This document shows positions 40,758 to 53,275 of a DNA stretch of 64,000 nt, piece by piece. The notes beneath the pieces are model-generated. The model saw only the letters and a list, made by a program, of their open reading frames with translations, searched no databases and had not been told where the DNA came from. The translations under genes were made by a program, and so were the position numbers. This DNA comes from Harriotta raleighana (taxonomy: Eukaryota), in the NCBI GenBank assembly GCA_050575255.1, contig JBNZDD010013732.1:21338244-21402243 (forward strand). Direction: 5' to 3'. Position 1 is the stretch's first letter, and each line of letters opens with the position of its first letter.

Positions 40758-43212
40758 CAGAAATCCAACATATGTGTGTGGCAATAAGAACTGTTGAGAA
40801 CATAGCTCAAATCAAAAAAGTTTAAGAACAATAAATGAATTCAAGTAATTATCCTATTATCAACCCTTTGCAGATTTGGCTGTTCAAATTTATAGCCATG
40901 TCCCAAACCAAGAGTTGAATACAATGTTTATAATACTAATCATCATCATCATCTTATCATGAAAACATCTCAAAGCTTCACAGGATTTAGTGCAATGACT
41001 ATTATTGGGTGAAGAAAGCAGCCAACTTAAGTATAACATTGTCCTACAAACATCCATGAAGTAAATGGATGATTGTTGACCAGTGAAAAACTCTTGTCTC
41101 TTTTCAAACCGTGCCATGGGATTTTTAACATCCACCTGAACAGGCAGATGGGACCTCAGTTTAATATCTGAAGGAATGGATTGAAACTACAACAATCCAT
41201 TCTACTGCTGCTAAGCAGAAACAGAATCAAAATTGCTTTTTGTGAGCGAAAGTTGTTTGTGGGAACAAAAGGTGCACTTATCTCTCTCAAGTGTTGTGTG
41301 AATGACAAATTGATACACATTTAAATTTAAATTTAACACAATGAACACACATGTTCCCATTGCTACCATTGGTGTAGTGGCTCTGGGAGGTGAAGCAGAA
41401 AGAAGGAAGATGTAACCAGGATTCCTGTTCATTATTCAGTGACACCCCCTCCCTGATAGAGAGTGCATGAGCAATGGCATGAAATAAAAATAGCCTAAGA
41501 CTCAACAGTAATAGGCCACCATGGTCAAAGAGCCAGCCAGTATTCACTGATTAACCTCAGAATAAGAAACAGCCACTTGAGCAAAGCACAAGCATTATCA
41601 GAACCCCCTGAACTGCACTGTTGATTCAAACACGAGAGAAGAGAAATTCCCCTGATAAAATTGAAAATAAATCTGTTTTCATTGAATAAGATACTGCACA
41701 GTTATAAGGATCTAGGCCTTTTCACTTTATGTTCTGCTTTATTTATGCACCTTATAACATGCATATGCTTGGACTCCCAAGGGCAGAGTTATAAGGGTGG
41801 TGCACATGTAATTTGAAACACACAAATATACTTGCACTGAATGTCACATTTGAAAAATTATAGCATAAATCATGACTGAATTAATATTTACTTCAGTCCT
41901 GAAGTTTTCCTGCATTTTGAAGTACAACTCTGTAAACCTGATATTAAAAGTGAAGACATAAATCATGATCAAAGCTAAACAGGCTTTTACAGCATTGACA
42001 GAAACCTGGCATTTCCGTTTCAATGAAGCAGTTATTAAATTAACATGGGCCTGTGTGTATCCATACCAAACTACAAAGTTATTATTCTTAGACCAGTCAG
42101 TAGCATAATCACCTGCAATTGTCGTCAAGTATTTTGATCGTGAAATAAAATAAAATGCAAAGCCAAGGAGCCTATAAACCGAAGCAGTTTTACTCCATAA
42201 ATGGGATCATGTCTTTAATGCAGGCAATAACTGCAGGAATACATGAAAACAAGTAACAAAAATATCCAATTATGCCATCAACTCTGCTACAAAAATCCAA
42301 TTATCTGCAGGTCTGGCTACAGCTGCAGTAATTGGTGACCTGCACTTTTGGTCAGCAGACAATCGGGATGATGAAGGCAATTAAACACAAAGTCTACACA
42401 TGCCCTGCAGAGGTTATTATGCCTGCTATATCAGACCTCATCAATTTCAAAACAAAAAGGGATGGAAGCTGCCTCCACATCTCTTCAACCATGGCTGCAA
42501 CCAAAACATTAGCGAGGTGATCATAAGGTAAATTATGTCAATGGAAAGACAGACATGGACTTTGCAAAAACAGAGAGGAATAATTACAAACCCGGGATAT
42601 AATTGAGCAATTTGATTGTCCTGCACTTGAGCTGTCGTTCTGATGTGAAGCGCTGTCACATCCTGCAACACTACTGGAAATGGACAGGCCCTGTCCACTT
42701 TGATCTACCCTTACGCAAATGAAATGAGGTCAAAATCTGGTCATTAGATATTCCCTCATGTGATTAAGGCGTTTCATCTTTACAGGAGATTTTTATCAGC
42801 GATCACATAGCACAAACCAACCCTTAATGCTTTGAGAAGAGAAAAATGTAAACAGGAGGCAACAAAGTGAAAAGGTGAATCTGATTGAGGAAGCAGCTAT
42901 GAAGCAGCAACACCTCCCTCTGAGATAAATAGGATTTTGAAAAAAAAGTACTCGTTGAAAAGGCAAGTCAACAAAAGATCAGATCACTTAAACAAAGGGC
43001 AAACAATGGAGACAAAAGCTCTTTTCATTTATACTTCACAAGGAGGAAAGAAAATCTACCATTTAGAAACTCTCGTGGTTTAATAAAGTCTAAACAATAT
43101 AGGTCAAGATAGTTATTTAATGCAGATTTTCCTTGTATAATTTCAGTGTTTCTGTGATGATGTGCAGCAATGCAGAAAGATTTACCATCTGATCCCCTGG
43201 CTGACGCCTTAC

Positions 43213-43339
43213 CATATCATCCTTGGGTTTCACAACTTTCATGAAGGCACCCCGAGTTGTGGCTTCCTCACGTTCTTTTCTTGTGACTTTTCTTGCATCT
43301 AAGAACTTCAGGTTTGTCAGTTTGTGAAGGATGAAATAC
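43213..43339 (-). CDS. LRMDA: LRMDA internal coding exon (LRRcap-like region), 127 bp
   Basis: Translates (R)[42 protein letters not shown], matching recalled human [40 protein letters not shown]. Donor is ATG|GTAAGG. Confidence 0.93.
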
Positions 43340-43694
43340 CTGGAAAAGAAGATGCTTTGGTTGCTGGTAGTAGTTGCACGTACAGCATAATATCTACAGA
43401 AAACAGTCACAAAGGAGGTCAATTCAACAAAGAAAAACAAACAAACCAATCGAGTAGAGATAATGAATAGCTGAGAGACAACAAGGACCGACTGGATTTT
43501 ATATCAGTTACAATAGCATGAAGGATTAAGGCAAAAATGGCAAAAGATGAGAAAGGGTGAAGGGTGAAGAGAGATAAGGCAACAGAGTCGACAGTGCAGT
43601 ATAAAAGGTCTACACAAAACTCCTTCCTTCACACAACAAAAACAGTAAACAGCTTAAGCTAGAAAACAAAATTTTGGTTTATCCAAGCATTCAT

Positions 43695-43856
43695 GGTGTC
43701 AGCCTAGCTCATTTGGTAGCAATCTTGCCTTTAAGTCAATAGACTGTGGGTTCAATGTCCCTTTGCTGACACTCCAATGTAATCTCTTGTCCGAGTGTTC
43801 AAAAACAAAAGGTACCTTCTTCCAGTGCCCTGGTCAACAATTCCCCCAGGATACTA
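43695..43856 (+). mobile_element. Old Deu-type SINE, 5' part (split by a CR1 insertion)
   Basis: tagctcatttggtagc...gtgggttcaatgtccc...gtgccctggtcaacaattcc; the body resumes at about 44285. Confidence 0.65.
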
Positions 43857-44241
43857 TCCTATACCTTTAAGATTCTTAAGGGATATGACAGAGTAGACAG
43901 TGGGAGACTGTTTTTGCCTGGTTGGAGAAACTGTAACTAGGGTTCACAGTTTTAAGATTAAGGGTCAGCCTTTTCGAACAGAGTTGAGGAAACACTTCTT
44001 CACTCTGAGGGTAGTGAATTTACAGAATTCTCTACCCCAAAAGGCTGCAGATTTTCAGTCCTTGAACATATTCAAGATTGAGATTGATAGATTTTTCATG
44101 GAGAGAGGGATTAGCGATATGGGGATAAGGCGGGCAAATGGAGTTATATTAGAAGATCAGCCATGATCTTATTGAATGGCGGGGTAGTCTCAAGGGGCTG
44201 AATGGCCTACTGCTGCTCCTTTTTATATATTCTTATGTTCT
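43857..44241 (+). mobile_element. 5'-truncated CR1 LINE 3' end
   Basis: Encodes TRVHSFKIKGQPFRTELRKHFFTLRVVNLQNSLP...FKIEIDRF; 3'UTR aggggctgaatggcctactgctgctcct...ttcttatgttct; flanked by GATACTA on both sides. Confidence 0.9.
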
Positions 44242-44249
44242 GATACTAA

Positions 44250-44482
44250 AAGAAACTCCCTTCTCTTTTTGAACAGTGGCATGGGATAAAACTAGTCATT
44301 TACTTCACGGCTGTTTGTGCATATTGGCTGTATGTTCACTTACATATACATGGGTGGGAAGAAACTCCCTTCTCTTTTTGAACAGTGGCATGGGATAAAA
44401 CTAGTCATTTACTTCACGGCTGTTTGTGGGACATGGCTTTGTGCATATTGGCTGTATGTTCACTTACATATACATGGGTGGG
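44250..44482 (+). repeat. Tandem duplication, 109 bp + 124 bp
   Basis: The units start aagaaactcccttctc at 44250 and 44359 and are identical except for a 15-bp indel. Confidence 0.93.
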
Positions 44483-44547
44483 GAGAAAATCACTGCATCT
44501 TACAATAAATTACAAATCAGTGCTTTGAGACATCCTCCAAACCTCAA

Positions 44548-44830
44548 ACAACAACAACAAAATTATATTTGTGTAGCAGCTTTCACATCAGAAGGATGCC
44601 CAAAGACACTGGACAGACAGTATTTTGAACCCAAACTGGGCCTCGAGATTGGAGAGGGTGGAGTGCAGGGGAGAAGGAGGTTGACTGAAAGCACAGTCAA
44701 AGACAAGGGACTTGAAGAAGGCAAAGGATAGAGCAAGGCAAGATGAAGTTTCAGAGGGTGGGGGAAAATTGGTTGAAGGCCCACCTAGCAACGGTGGGGT
44801 GCGCGAGGTGGGGGTCATCAAGCAGGCGGG
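44548..44830 (-). mobile_element. L2 LINE 3' end
   Basis: caacaacaaaattatatttgtgtagcagctttcacatc tail; similar to 14668-14972. Confidence 0.75.
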
Positions 44831-47499
44831 CGCCCGCTTCACATTTAAATAAATACCAAAGGTATTATGTATCAACAACATCAACTTGCACTTATACAGC
44901 ATCCTCCATGTAGGGTGGTGTCTCAAGAGCGCTTAGAATGCAAGGATACCAAATACTGTACAGGGATCACTGTTAAGGAATTTTAAGCTGTCTAATTTCG
45001 ATCAATATGACTTCACTTGAATACACGTCTCGTAAAATTCTGCTTAAATACTGATTTCTCACTTTTGTTTGTCCTCCCCCCAACCACCATTGGTTATTTA
45101 CTGAGTTTTATTTACTAGAGCTAACATTCAGCTTACTTGTCTCCCCAGTAGCCTCATATTTTTTGCAAGTGTAGAAAGATAATATATAATATTTAAATCT
45201 GGCTTGAAGCTATTTTCTCCATTATTTAATTGAATAAATGATTATTCTATAAGCTTTAAACTATTTTACTAAAATACACAAAGTGTATAACTTGAATAAC
45301 TGAGTTACAGGCCTTGGAATCTTGTTTATAGGCAGCTTGTAAACTATTTCTAATGTCTCAAGCAAGCACTTAAGAAAAAGACAAGGATCTATTCCAAGCA
45401 GCAATTTTGAGGAAACTGCAATGCTCACTTGTAGCAGACTTTAACAGCCCATAACATATTGTTTACTGGGAGACAAATTGTGCCAACATGGTAAGATAAG
45501 TTACCTCAGTACAAACCACAAATTTAGCTTGGGTTTTTCTTCATCTATGGAGCCTACATCGTAGAAGGCATTTGCTCAGTGAGTTTGTCAAAGGGATAGG
45601 GTTAAATATCGCAAGGGCACATCAACTAGCAGTTAAGATACTGGCACGCTTTGTCTAAGCAAATTTAAGCAAAATTCTAGATCCACCTTCACAGAAGAAA
45701 ATGGTAATTTCTTGCCTTAAGGGAGCTTAATAAGGAATGCAAGGTCAATGCCCTTTCCTACTGTAGGCCTAAAATGCTAGTTATTATTTTCCATGATGGT
45801 ACATTGGTAGTGATGTAATTTAGAAAAATCTTATCTCATTGGTAATGATTGGACCCAGAGTGAATGGAAGAGTACAAGTTTCAGAAGTCAAGTAATTCAT
45901 TATTTAATTATAATGTGAATTTTTGAAAGTACAGTATATTTTTTTCCGTTAAAAAACACTACACAAAGTATAGTGATTGGTTAACATCGGGCATACACAT
46001 TCAATTTGGTCCATTTACAGGAACTAAAGACTGTAAGCACTGTGGACAATTCTGGTAAATTGAAGCAGTTTTTATTGTTTTCCGAAGGGAGTGAATTGAG
46101 ATAACATTTTTTTCCAAGCTGTTTATCCCTTTTCACCAAGCTCCTGTCATTTCTACTCAGGTGGGCGGTACGTACGGGTTACCATGTCCCTTTGCAGTTT
46201 AGTGTTTGTACTTATGTAGGGAGTGTTCCTGATGTGGATGTCTGCTTTTGGCAGGAAGCCAGGAACATAGACAAGATCTTGAAGAATTTCTCCAGATTCA
46301 GCCTCAGTGAGTACATGATTTTGTTTGGGGATCACTTTCACAGTGCATTGTGTCACGCTGGTCAGATGGTGGCAGGGAGAATCTATCTTCTGCCACTTCA
46401 GTACAATTCAATATACCAGATGCACTCTGATGAAAACCCAGGGCTTGTCCATGTTGACGATTGGCAGGGTCACTTTGGATGTTCAAGGAGAAAGACAGAT
46501 TGAGAACTGACTAGAGTTGAGCAATTGGATTGATTCAAATTGATTCTTTTGAGTTCCCCCACAAGCTTTAGGTAGTCTAAATCCAAATACTGTACTGTGC
46601 GAGAAGTCACCACAGCATTTACCTGGATAGTCAAGGAAATGGATGCCTCAAATACAAAAAAACTGCTGGTAAAAGCAACAAACAGAAACACAGAGTTGGT
46701 TGTTAAAAATCTTATGCTGCTACTTGAAACGAGATTGTCTCAGTGTCCTGGCCAACTATCTACCAGATTATTTAGTTATTCACTCTTGGATGTTCGATTG
46801 TATATTTGTCCGTGTGCAAAATAGCTGTCAGGTTCACCTACAAAGAGCTGTCACTACATGTGACATTAATTGGTGTGAAGTTTGGTTCTGGTCTGTACTG
46901 AGTCAGCTAAGGCACAAGAATTGATTTCCCAATCCTGGCATTTTATCCAAAGATTTCTCTGATAATATGAATTGTGGACTATGGGCGTGCATTTTGGATG
47001 ATCACAAAATTGGCTTGCCCACAATGCATCCACAGATAAATATCCACTCTTATAAATCTAAGATTTATAAAACAAAAAGGGCCTCTTGATTATGGTATCA
47101 GTGAATTGTCAATGCCTGTGAAAAATGAACATATTTTATAGAGTACATATGAAGAATTCACAATTTAAATGTGAAATCATCTTGAGTTTTTCAAAACAAA
47201 ATTATGGTATTATTTAGTTACATTTATTGTCATAGCTCAAAAGTTAATCAATTTTAAATCAGATTTTTATATTGAGGCAATTCAAATCCCCCAAATTTTC
47301 AGCACCATTAGCTAACAGTNATTTTTTATTGAGGCAATTCAAATCCCCCAAATTTTCAGCACCATTAGCTAACAGTTTTGAAACTCTCTGAGTCCTTCCC
47401 TCTTTTGGGTATATGTGGAAATTAAATTCAGTTTGTCTCAAATAAATCTGAGCTCTACCTTATAAAAAGCACAACTTCTAAAGATTGTTGAATTGAATA

Positions 47500-47750
47500 T
47501 CCTCAACCACATGGTCTGCAATCCTAGTATCCCACTCGCTCCCTCTGCTCAGCAAACGCATGCCTGCTGTGTCCCCCATTCTATTGGCAGGTGATCTTCC
47601 TGACATTTTGAATGCTCACTGGAATTCTAATCTGGAGTCCCTCCACCTTACCCCGTCCCTCCACCTTACCCCTTCCCTCCTTTAAAGTCCATATTAAAAC
47701 TTATTTTATTCGACCGCACTTTCAGTCATCTTCCCCACCCAGCTCACGTT
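47500..47750 (+). mobile_element. Degenerate L2 3' fragment with an internal 18-bp tandem repeat
   Basis: ctggaattct...tcctttaaagtccatattaaaactta (WN...SFKxxLKT-like); gtccctccaccttacccc occurs twice. Confidence 0.55.
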
Positions 47751-47955
47751 CCCATTTAGCTTTGTGAAGTACTTTCAGAGGTTCTCCGAGTATGAAATTT
47801 GTAACATAAATATAAGCTGTTGCTATTCGAGAATTTCATATGAAGACAAAGTGTAACACATGATCCAAATACTACTGGAACAAAGGCCATGAACATTGCA
47901 TTGATAGTTTTAAGTCTGAAACAAACAGCAGAAACCAAAAGAATGATAGCTATTA

Positions 47956-48309
47956 CCATAAAACCTCATTTATCCGTGACTCGATCAACCGGAAAACCCG
48001 TTCAACTGCCATCTCAAAAAAAAAAGTCCAGATTCGATGAACCGGAAATTATCCGTCAAATAGTGATGACGCTTTTAATGAATCGATTGTCGCACGTGAG
48101 TACTGGTACAGGTACTCGCGGCTGGCCGCTAGTCGCGTTTTTTTTTAAGCTCTGTTGGGTGAGGGCTGCCATTGTGAAGATAAGTATACACAATAAAGAA
48201 CTAATAAAATATTCTGTTATTATTTAGTCTATTATTAATATGGTATGTGTTAAAATATTTTTTTATTTTGGCCAGGTCCCGTGGGTGCCAGATAAACGGG
48301 GTTTTATTG
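47956..48309 (-). mobile_element. Tc1/mariner-type MITE, copy 3 (internally deleted)
   Basis: ccataaaacctcatttatccgtgactcg...gataaacggggttttattg|TA; collinear with 27499-28116. Confidence 0.85.
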
Positions 48310-49219
48310 TATTACCATTACATGAAATATAAGAAGAGGAATGTTAACTTAAAAGAACATGTAAAGGCCAGTGGAGACCATCCAAATTACCAGGTTTGCG
48401 ATATCTGTACATATTACAATTTTAAATAATTAGAAATTCTTCATTATGCCTAGTTTTCCAGTACTACAACTGGCATTATATCACATGGAAGTGAAAGTCA
48501 CTTTTGAGAATAAAAACTTGAGGAAACAGTCACATATAAAACTAGTCCACATGTCTGCAATTTCACTCCTAAAAGAGTTACTTGTAATTTCCTGTATGGC
48601 CTACCATAAGGACCCAGTGATGGAGCTCCATAAATACCATTAACGTTTTATGGTTTCTACATAGACCCTGTTGAAATATGTCATTATTGAAAGGTATTTC
48701 ATGCTACTAATTCTAAGAGGCAGAATCCAGAAAAAGAAAAGCAATATGCAGCAAGAAGTTGCTTTCTAATAGCTGCTTGTCTGATTGTCACAAATGCATG
48801 TTGACATTTATTTACAATATTTATACAGAATAAAACACATCAAGACATTAGGAAAACGCCTTGTGTCAAAAGATTTATTCCAGCACTGCCTGAGTTGGTT
48901 AATTCATACGTGGGTCCTGCAAAGAAAATTGAGTATGGGGATCAAAGAGTCCTACATTTACTTTTAAATGAAACAGTTTTCCTTTGTTTTGGGAATTTTT
49001 TTTCTGATTCAAATTCTTTAGAATTATTATTCATGCCTTTCCGCCCATGAGATTGGCCGGGCACCCATGAAGACATAGGATCCAATGACATTTCCACAGA
49101 AGAGGCCCCAAGGTATCAGGTACATAAGCCATAATGAGTTGCTGCTTATAGGAGCTATCAAATATTAACAATAACTTCACCATACTGAAAAAAAATGGAG
49201 AAAAAGTTATGAATTCAAG

Positions 49220-49483
49220 AGAGAAACCTGGGTTCTATTCCCTTCAAGGTAAAAACCTTGGGCAAGTTTTCTTACTCCACGTGCCTGAGAAGAATTACCC
49301 CTCAAAAATAATAAATTGGTCACTTCAATCCACGACTGTTTGTGGGACACTGCCGTGCGCAATTGACTGCTGTGTTTTGCCCACAAATACACAGTCAATT
49401 CACTTTACAATATTTTCTGTGAGCTGGTTTGTGACGTTTAGAAGACATGAAAAGCGCTATATTAAATGCAAGGATTATTATTT
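49220..49483 (+). mobile_element. Deu-type SINE lacking the A box
   Basis: aaccttgggcaagttttcttactcc...gtgggacactgccgtgcgcaattg...aaatgcaaggattattatt. Confidence 0.9.
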
Positions 49484-49869
49484 TAAGATAGACAAAATTG
49501 ATAAGTGGCGCTTAATAAGGTAAAGGCAGCTCTGTCGTCAAAAAGCACCTCAAAATCATAGGCATCATCGTATGTTAGACATGCACTGTGACAAATGGAG
49601 ATGAAGAAAGCAGATAAAATTTCCTAAAAAAAAACAAAAGTTAAGCTTCCTACATCCTAGAGGAAAGACTGCAAGGAGGATAGAAAAAACATTAATGGTC
49701 TTTGACAGCTGATGCCAAAGATGGCTCTCATGTGACTGTTATAAACCATGCTCAAATTTATACTCCTCTTCATGTGAAGAACCAGAATGTGATCTAAGTG
49801 TATGGCAAGTGTCAAAAGAAAAAGGTCAGCCAAGAACTAAAAATAAGAAGTTTGGCATCACCTAACTAG

Positions 49870-50065
49870 GACTTATTCCGCCAAATCCTCCGTTCCACTA
49901 TGCTCCTTTCCCATTTTCAGGTCGCGCCTGAAGACTTTTCTGTTTGACCACGTCTTTGGTCACCTTTTCCCCCTCCCCCTGGCTTGGCCCCAGGCTCCAT
50001 TTTGTGAAATGCTCTGTGATGCCCAATGGTGTGGAGGGCACTATGTAAATCCAAGTTGTTGTTCT
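49870..50065 (+). mobile_element. L2 3' end fragment
   Basis: tttgaccacgtctttggtcacc...ggagggcactatgtaaatccaagttgttgtt. Confidence 0.65.
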
Positions 50066-50421
50066 TGACCTCATGCATCTCATCTTCTCCCCAAACCTTT
50101 GATAATAAGCTGCAATGTAGACATAGGTCACCTATATTACCATGGTTTCCCAATAAACTCATTTGTCCATAGATTTATATCTAATATCCATATTAGAGAG
50201 GAAAAGACACTTGCAGAATTTGAGAAAAGGATTGCTGGCTGCCAAGATTTAGTGCTTCAGGTCTCGGTGCATAACAGTGACAACAACAACAAAATTACTT
50301 TTGTATACCGCCTTTCACATCAGCAGTACGTGCCAAGATGCTGGAACCTTTTGGAACCTCTGAATTCTCAGATACTTTCTATCGTATTGCAAAAGTACAG
50401 GAATATCAGCTAAGCTGTCCA

Positions 50422-50610
50422 ATAATAATACCTAAAAAAAACACAATAATAATATTGGTTATTTCAATCCACAATTGATTGTGGGCACTGCTGTGCACAA
50501 TTGGCTGCTGCGTTTAGCCCACAAATATACAGTCAATTCACTTTACAATATATTCTATGAAGTGCTTCGAGACATCTAGAAGACGTGAAAAGTGCTATAT
50601 CAAATGCAAG
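50422..50610 (+). mobile_element. 3' half of a Deu-type SINE
   Basis: gctgtgcacaattggctgctgcg...aagtgctatatcaaatgcaag. Confidence 0.88.
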
Positions 50611-52879
50611 CTGCTCATGGAAACCAAATCCCCCATGCGAATACTAATCAAAGTGCACTTGCCATCTTTGAAGACTGGTCTCTGTATTTATGATGGATGG
50701 GAACTGAGACTGAATAAGAATTATCCTTCCAAAATGATGAATCCCCAGGTTTACCTTGATGGAAATAGACCAATTCCACCAATATACTGATTATGATTTT
50801 AAAAAACTACCTCTCCCTCCCCAATCCCCACCCAACCCTCACCTTCCTCCTTGCTTGCAATCAACTCCATCTTTGTGCTCAGAGACATAATCTTATGCTA
50901 CACAACAAGTTGCACTTATATAGTGGCCTCCACTCAGGGTAATGTCTCACAGCACTTAAATGCTGTTGCCACCTCAGAGATACAAAAACACGGCTGAGAT
51001 GAAAATAATGGCCACCAATTTGAAAGCACCTCCTTATCAAACCCCTGACAGCCTTTGGACAGGTTACACCGTTCCTCTCAGGATTTTCCGACCTATTTCC
51101 TTCAGCACTCTGCTCCATTAATAAACAGATCTTTAATATGCAGCATCAATAGATACAAATTGACACAAAAGTCAATGTATAAATGTAAATTTGTATTGTA
51201 ATTAGCATTGTATTAGTGGAGAAAATGGCTCTAGTAAATAAATGACAATACTGTACCAGGGTTAAGTGTAATACTGTTGTATTAATCAATACTATGAAAA
51301 ACAATATTTTTGGGAAGGAGAAATGGGGCCAATGTCATTCAAGGAAGAACAAGCATGAGAGGTAACTGAAGAAAATTGAAACAAGTGAAAGGAAGACAAC
51401 AAACGTAATAAACTTTACTACAAAAATATGGGAATGATGTTGATATGAGGCAAATGTTACTCCAGGAAGACACAAACTGGCTAGTTTGCAGTGGAACTGC
51501 CTTCATGTTGTGTACTGGTATAGGATGTCATGTTATGACTTATTGCACGTCAAGCGCTCTGAGACACCATCCGATATGGAGGGCGCTATATAAATGCAAG
51601 TTGTTGTTTGTTGCCTTAAAAATAGGTTCTTCAAGTGATTTTCATACACAGCCGGAATCTGTTGAGCCAAAGTTAGCAGTAGTGGTGAGGAACATCGTTT
51701 TGGAGGCACGTTTGTTAGGAATAATAAACCTATTAATAAGCAGTGTAACAGGCTGGAAACTGCTGGTCAACAAAGATCTATTTGCAAATGCCTCCGGCTT
51801 TGTTGAATTAAGAAATATTATTGTGCTTTGAGGAGGTTTATGGTTTTCACCTGCAGTGAGTTACAGTACAATACCAGATTTAAAACAACCCATACATTGT
51901 GTAGTTGAAGCCTGTTAATTGGGACCCCCTGGTGTAAATGAAATAGTCCGATTTATCAGATCATTCCCCATCAAGCAAAACCCATCAGTGCTGATTTAAA
52001 TTGCGAATCAATTAGTGCCTGTGAAAATGTACCCATTAACCATTAACAGGCATCAAGTGTAATCATACACTGGGCTTCCCTGTGCCGCTACAGAATTCAG
52101 CAAATCTGTCTGGATTGTGTTCCATCACTTTGATCTGTATTGGCCTGATGTTTTTCACATCATTTCAAAGACTACAGTGACTAGGGATAAGACAAAAAAT
52201 TATTATTTGATGAGAAAACATTTTCCTCTCATTCTTCCCATACTGTTGACAAACTCATAGTGATTTTTAAATCCCATTCACAAGGGTTGATGATGAGAAT
52301 CAACCGTTTTAAAGGCTCAGTGTTGTCCGGAATGTTCTGGCTTCCAGCCCTGAAATTCGCACAAACAGGAACTAGGAAGTCTGCCTAAAATATAAGGACC
52401 ATTTCCAGGCCCAAAATATGATGGTTACATGGAACATAAAACCAAATACTTAAACATCTGCAAAAGAAAAAATAAAGTAGAAATAAATTATGAAATGACT
52501 TTTGGGATTGTAACTTGCCCAGGACAGCAGATCGTACCAGTATAGTGTTCCCTTGTCCAAAATCCAGCTAAAGTACATAAATCAAATCTGAGACATATTT
52601 TATTGCACCAAGGCAAAGCTGCATGTATGCCACTATTTGTGCTATGAATGTAGTTTATTGCCAGTGCAAATGGCAGACAGATCCTTCTTGTGTAGCCAAT
52701 GATAATAACCTGTTATGACTTGTAGCTGTCAAGACTTTTAGATAAAGATTCATCTGCTATATGCCATTGCAACAACAACTTGTACTTACAGTATAAAGCT
52801 CCCACAGACTAGAATCTAAGAGTGCTTCAAAGAATGACTCACCTCCCCAATGTCCTTGACTGCAATTCATTGGATACAA

Positions 52880-53275
52880 TAATAATCATTGCATTTGATA
52901 TAATGTTGGGAGGATTTCTCAGAGCACTTCCCAGGATTTTATTGTAAAGTGTAGTGTATATTTTGTAGGTGAATGCAGAAGCCAAGTTGAATAAAGCAAC
53001 ATCCTTCAAACAGCCATGAATTGTACATTTAATTTTATCTGGCGAGGGCACTGGTAGAATCTGCAATCTCTCTTAGAGTAGTACCATAATTTTTTTACAT
53101 CCAACTGAACAGGCAGACGGGCGTCAGTTTAATATCTCATTCAAAGGATAGCACACCACCAATGCACAACCCAAGCACTGCAATAGAGTGTCAATCTAGA
53201 CGATGATTTCAAAATCCAGTCATGGGCTTGAACACACAATCTCTAGACTCAATTTTTAGAGTGCTTCCAACTTAG
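52880..53275 (-). mobile_element. Old Deu-type SINE (SacSINE1-like) remnant
   Basis: ctgaacaggcagacgggcgtcagtttaatatctcattcaaagga...gggcttgaacacacaatctctagactc; similar to 40930-41170. Confidence 0.6.

Larger units (their letters stand above)
1..43212 (-). other. LRMDA: Probable large LRMDA intron continuing beyond the left end of the window
   Basis: There is a GT donor at 43212. I did not find the expected C-terminal exons (YTPLP, GKCRYVYYG motifs) by eye, and the orthologous human gene has very large introns. Confidence 0.6.

Noticed and set aside
43117-43449. 110-aa ORF as a standalone gene
   Set aside because: Only 43213-43339 matches LRMDA and has splice signals; the flanks are intronic read-through.
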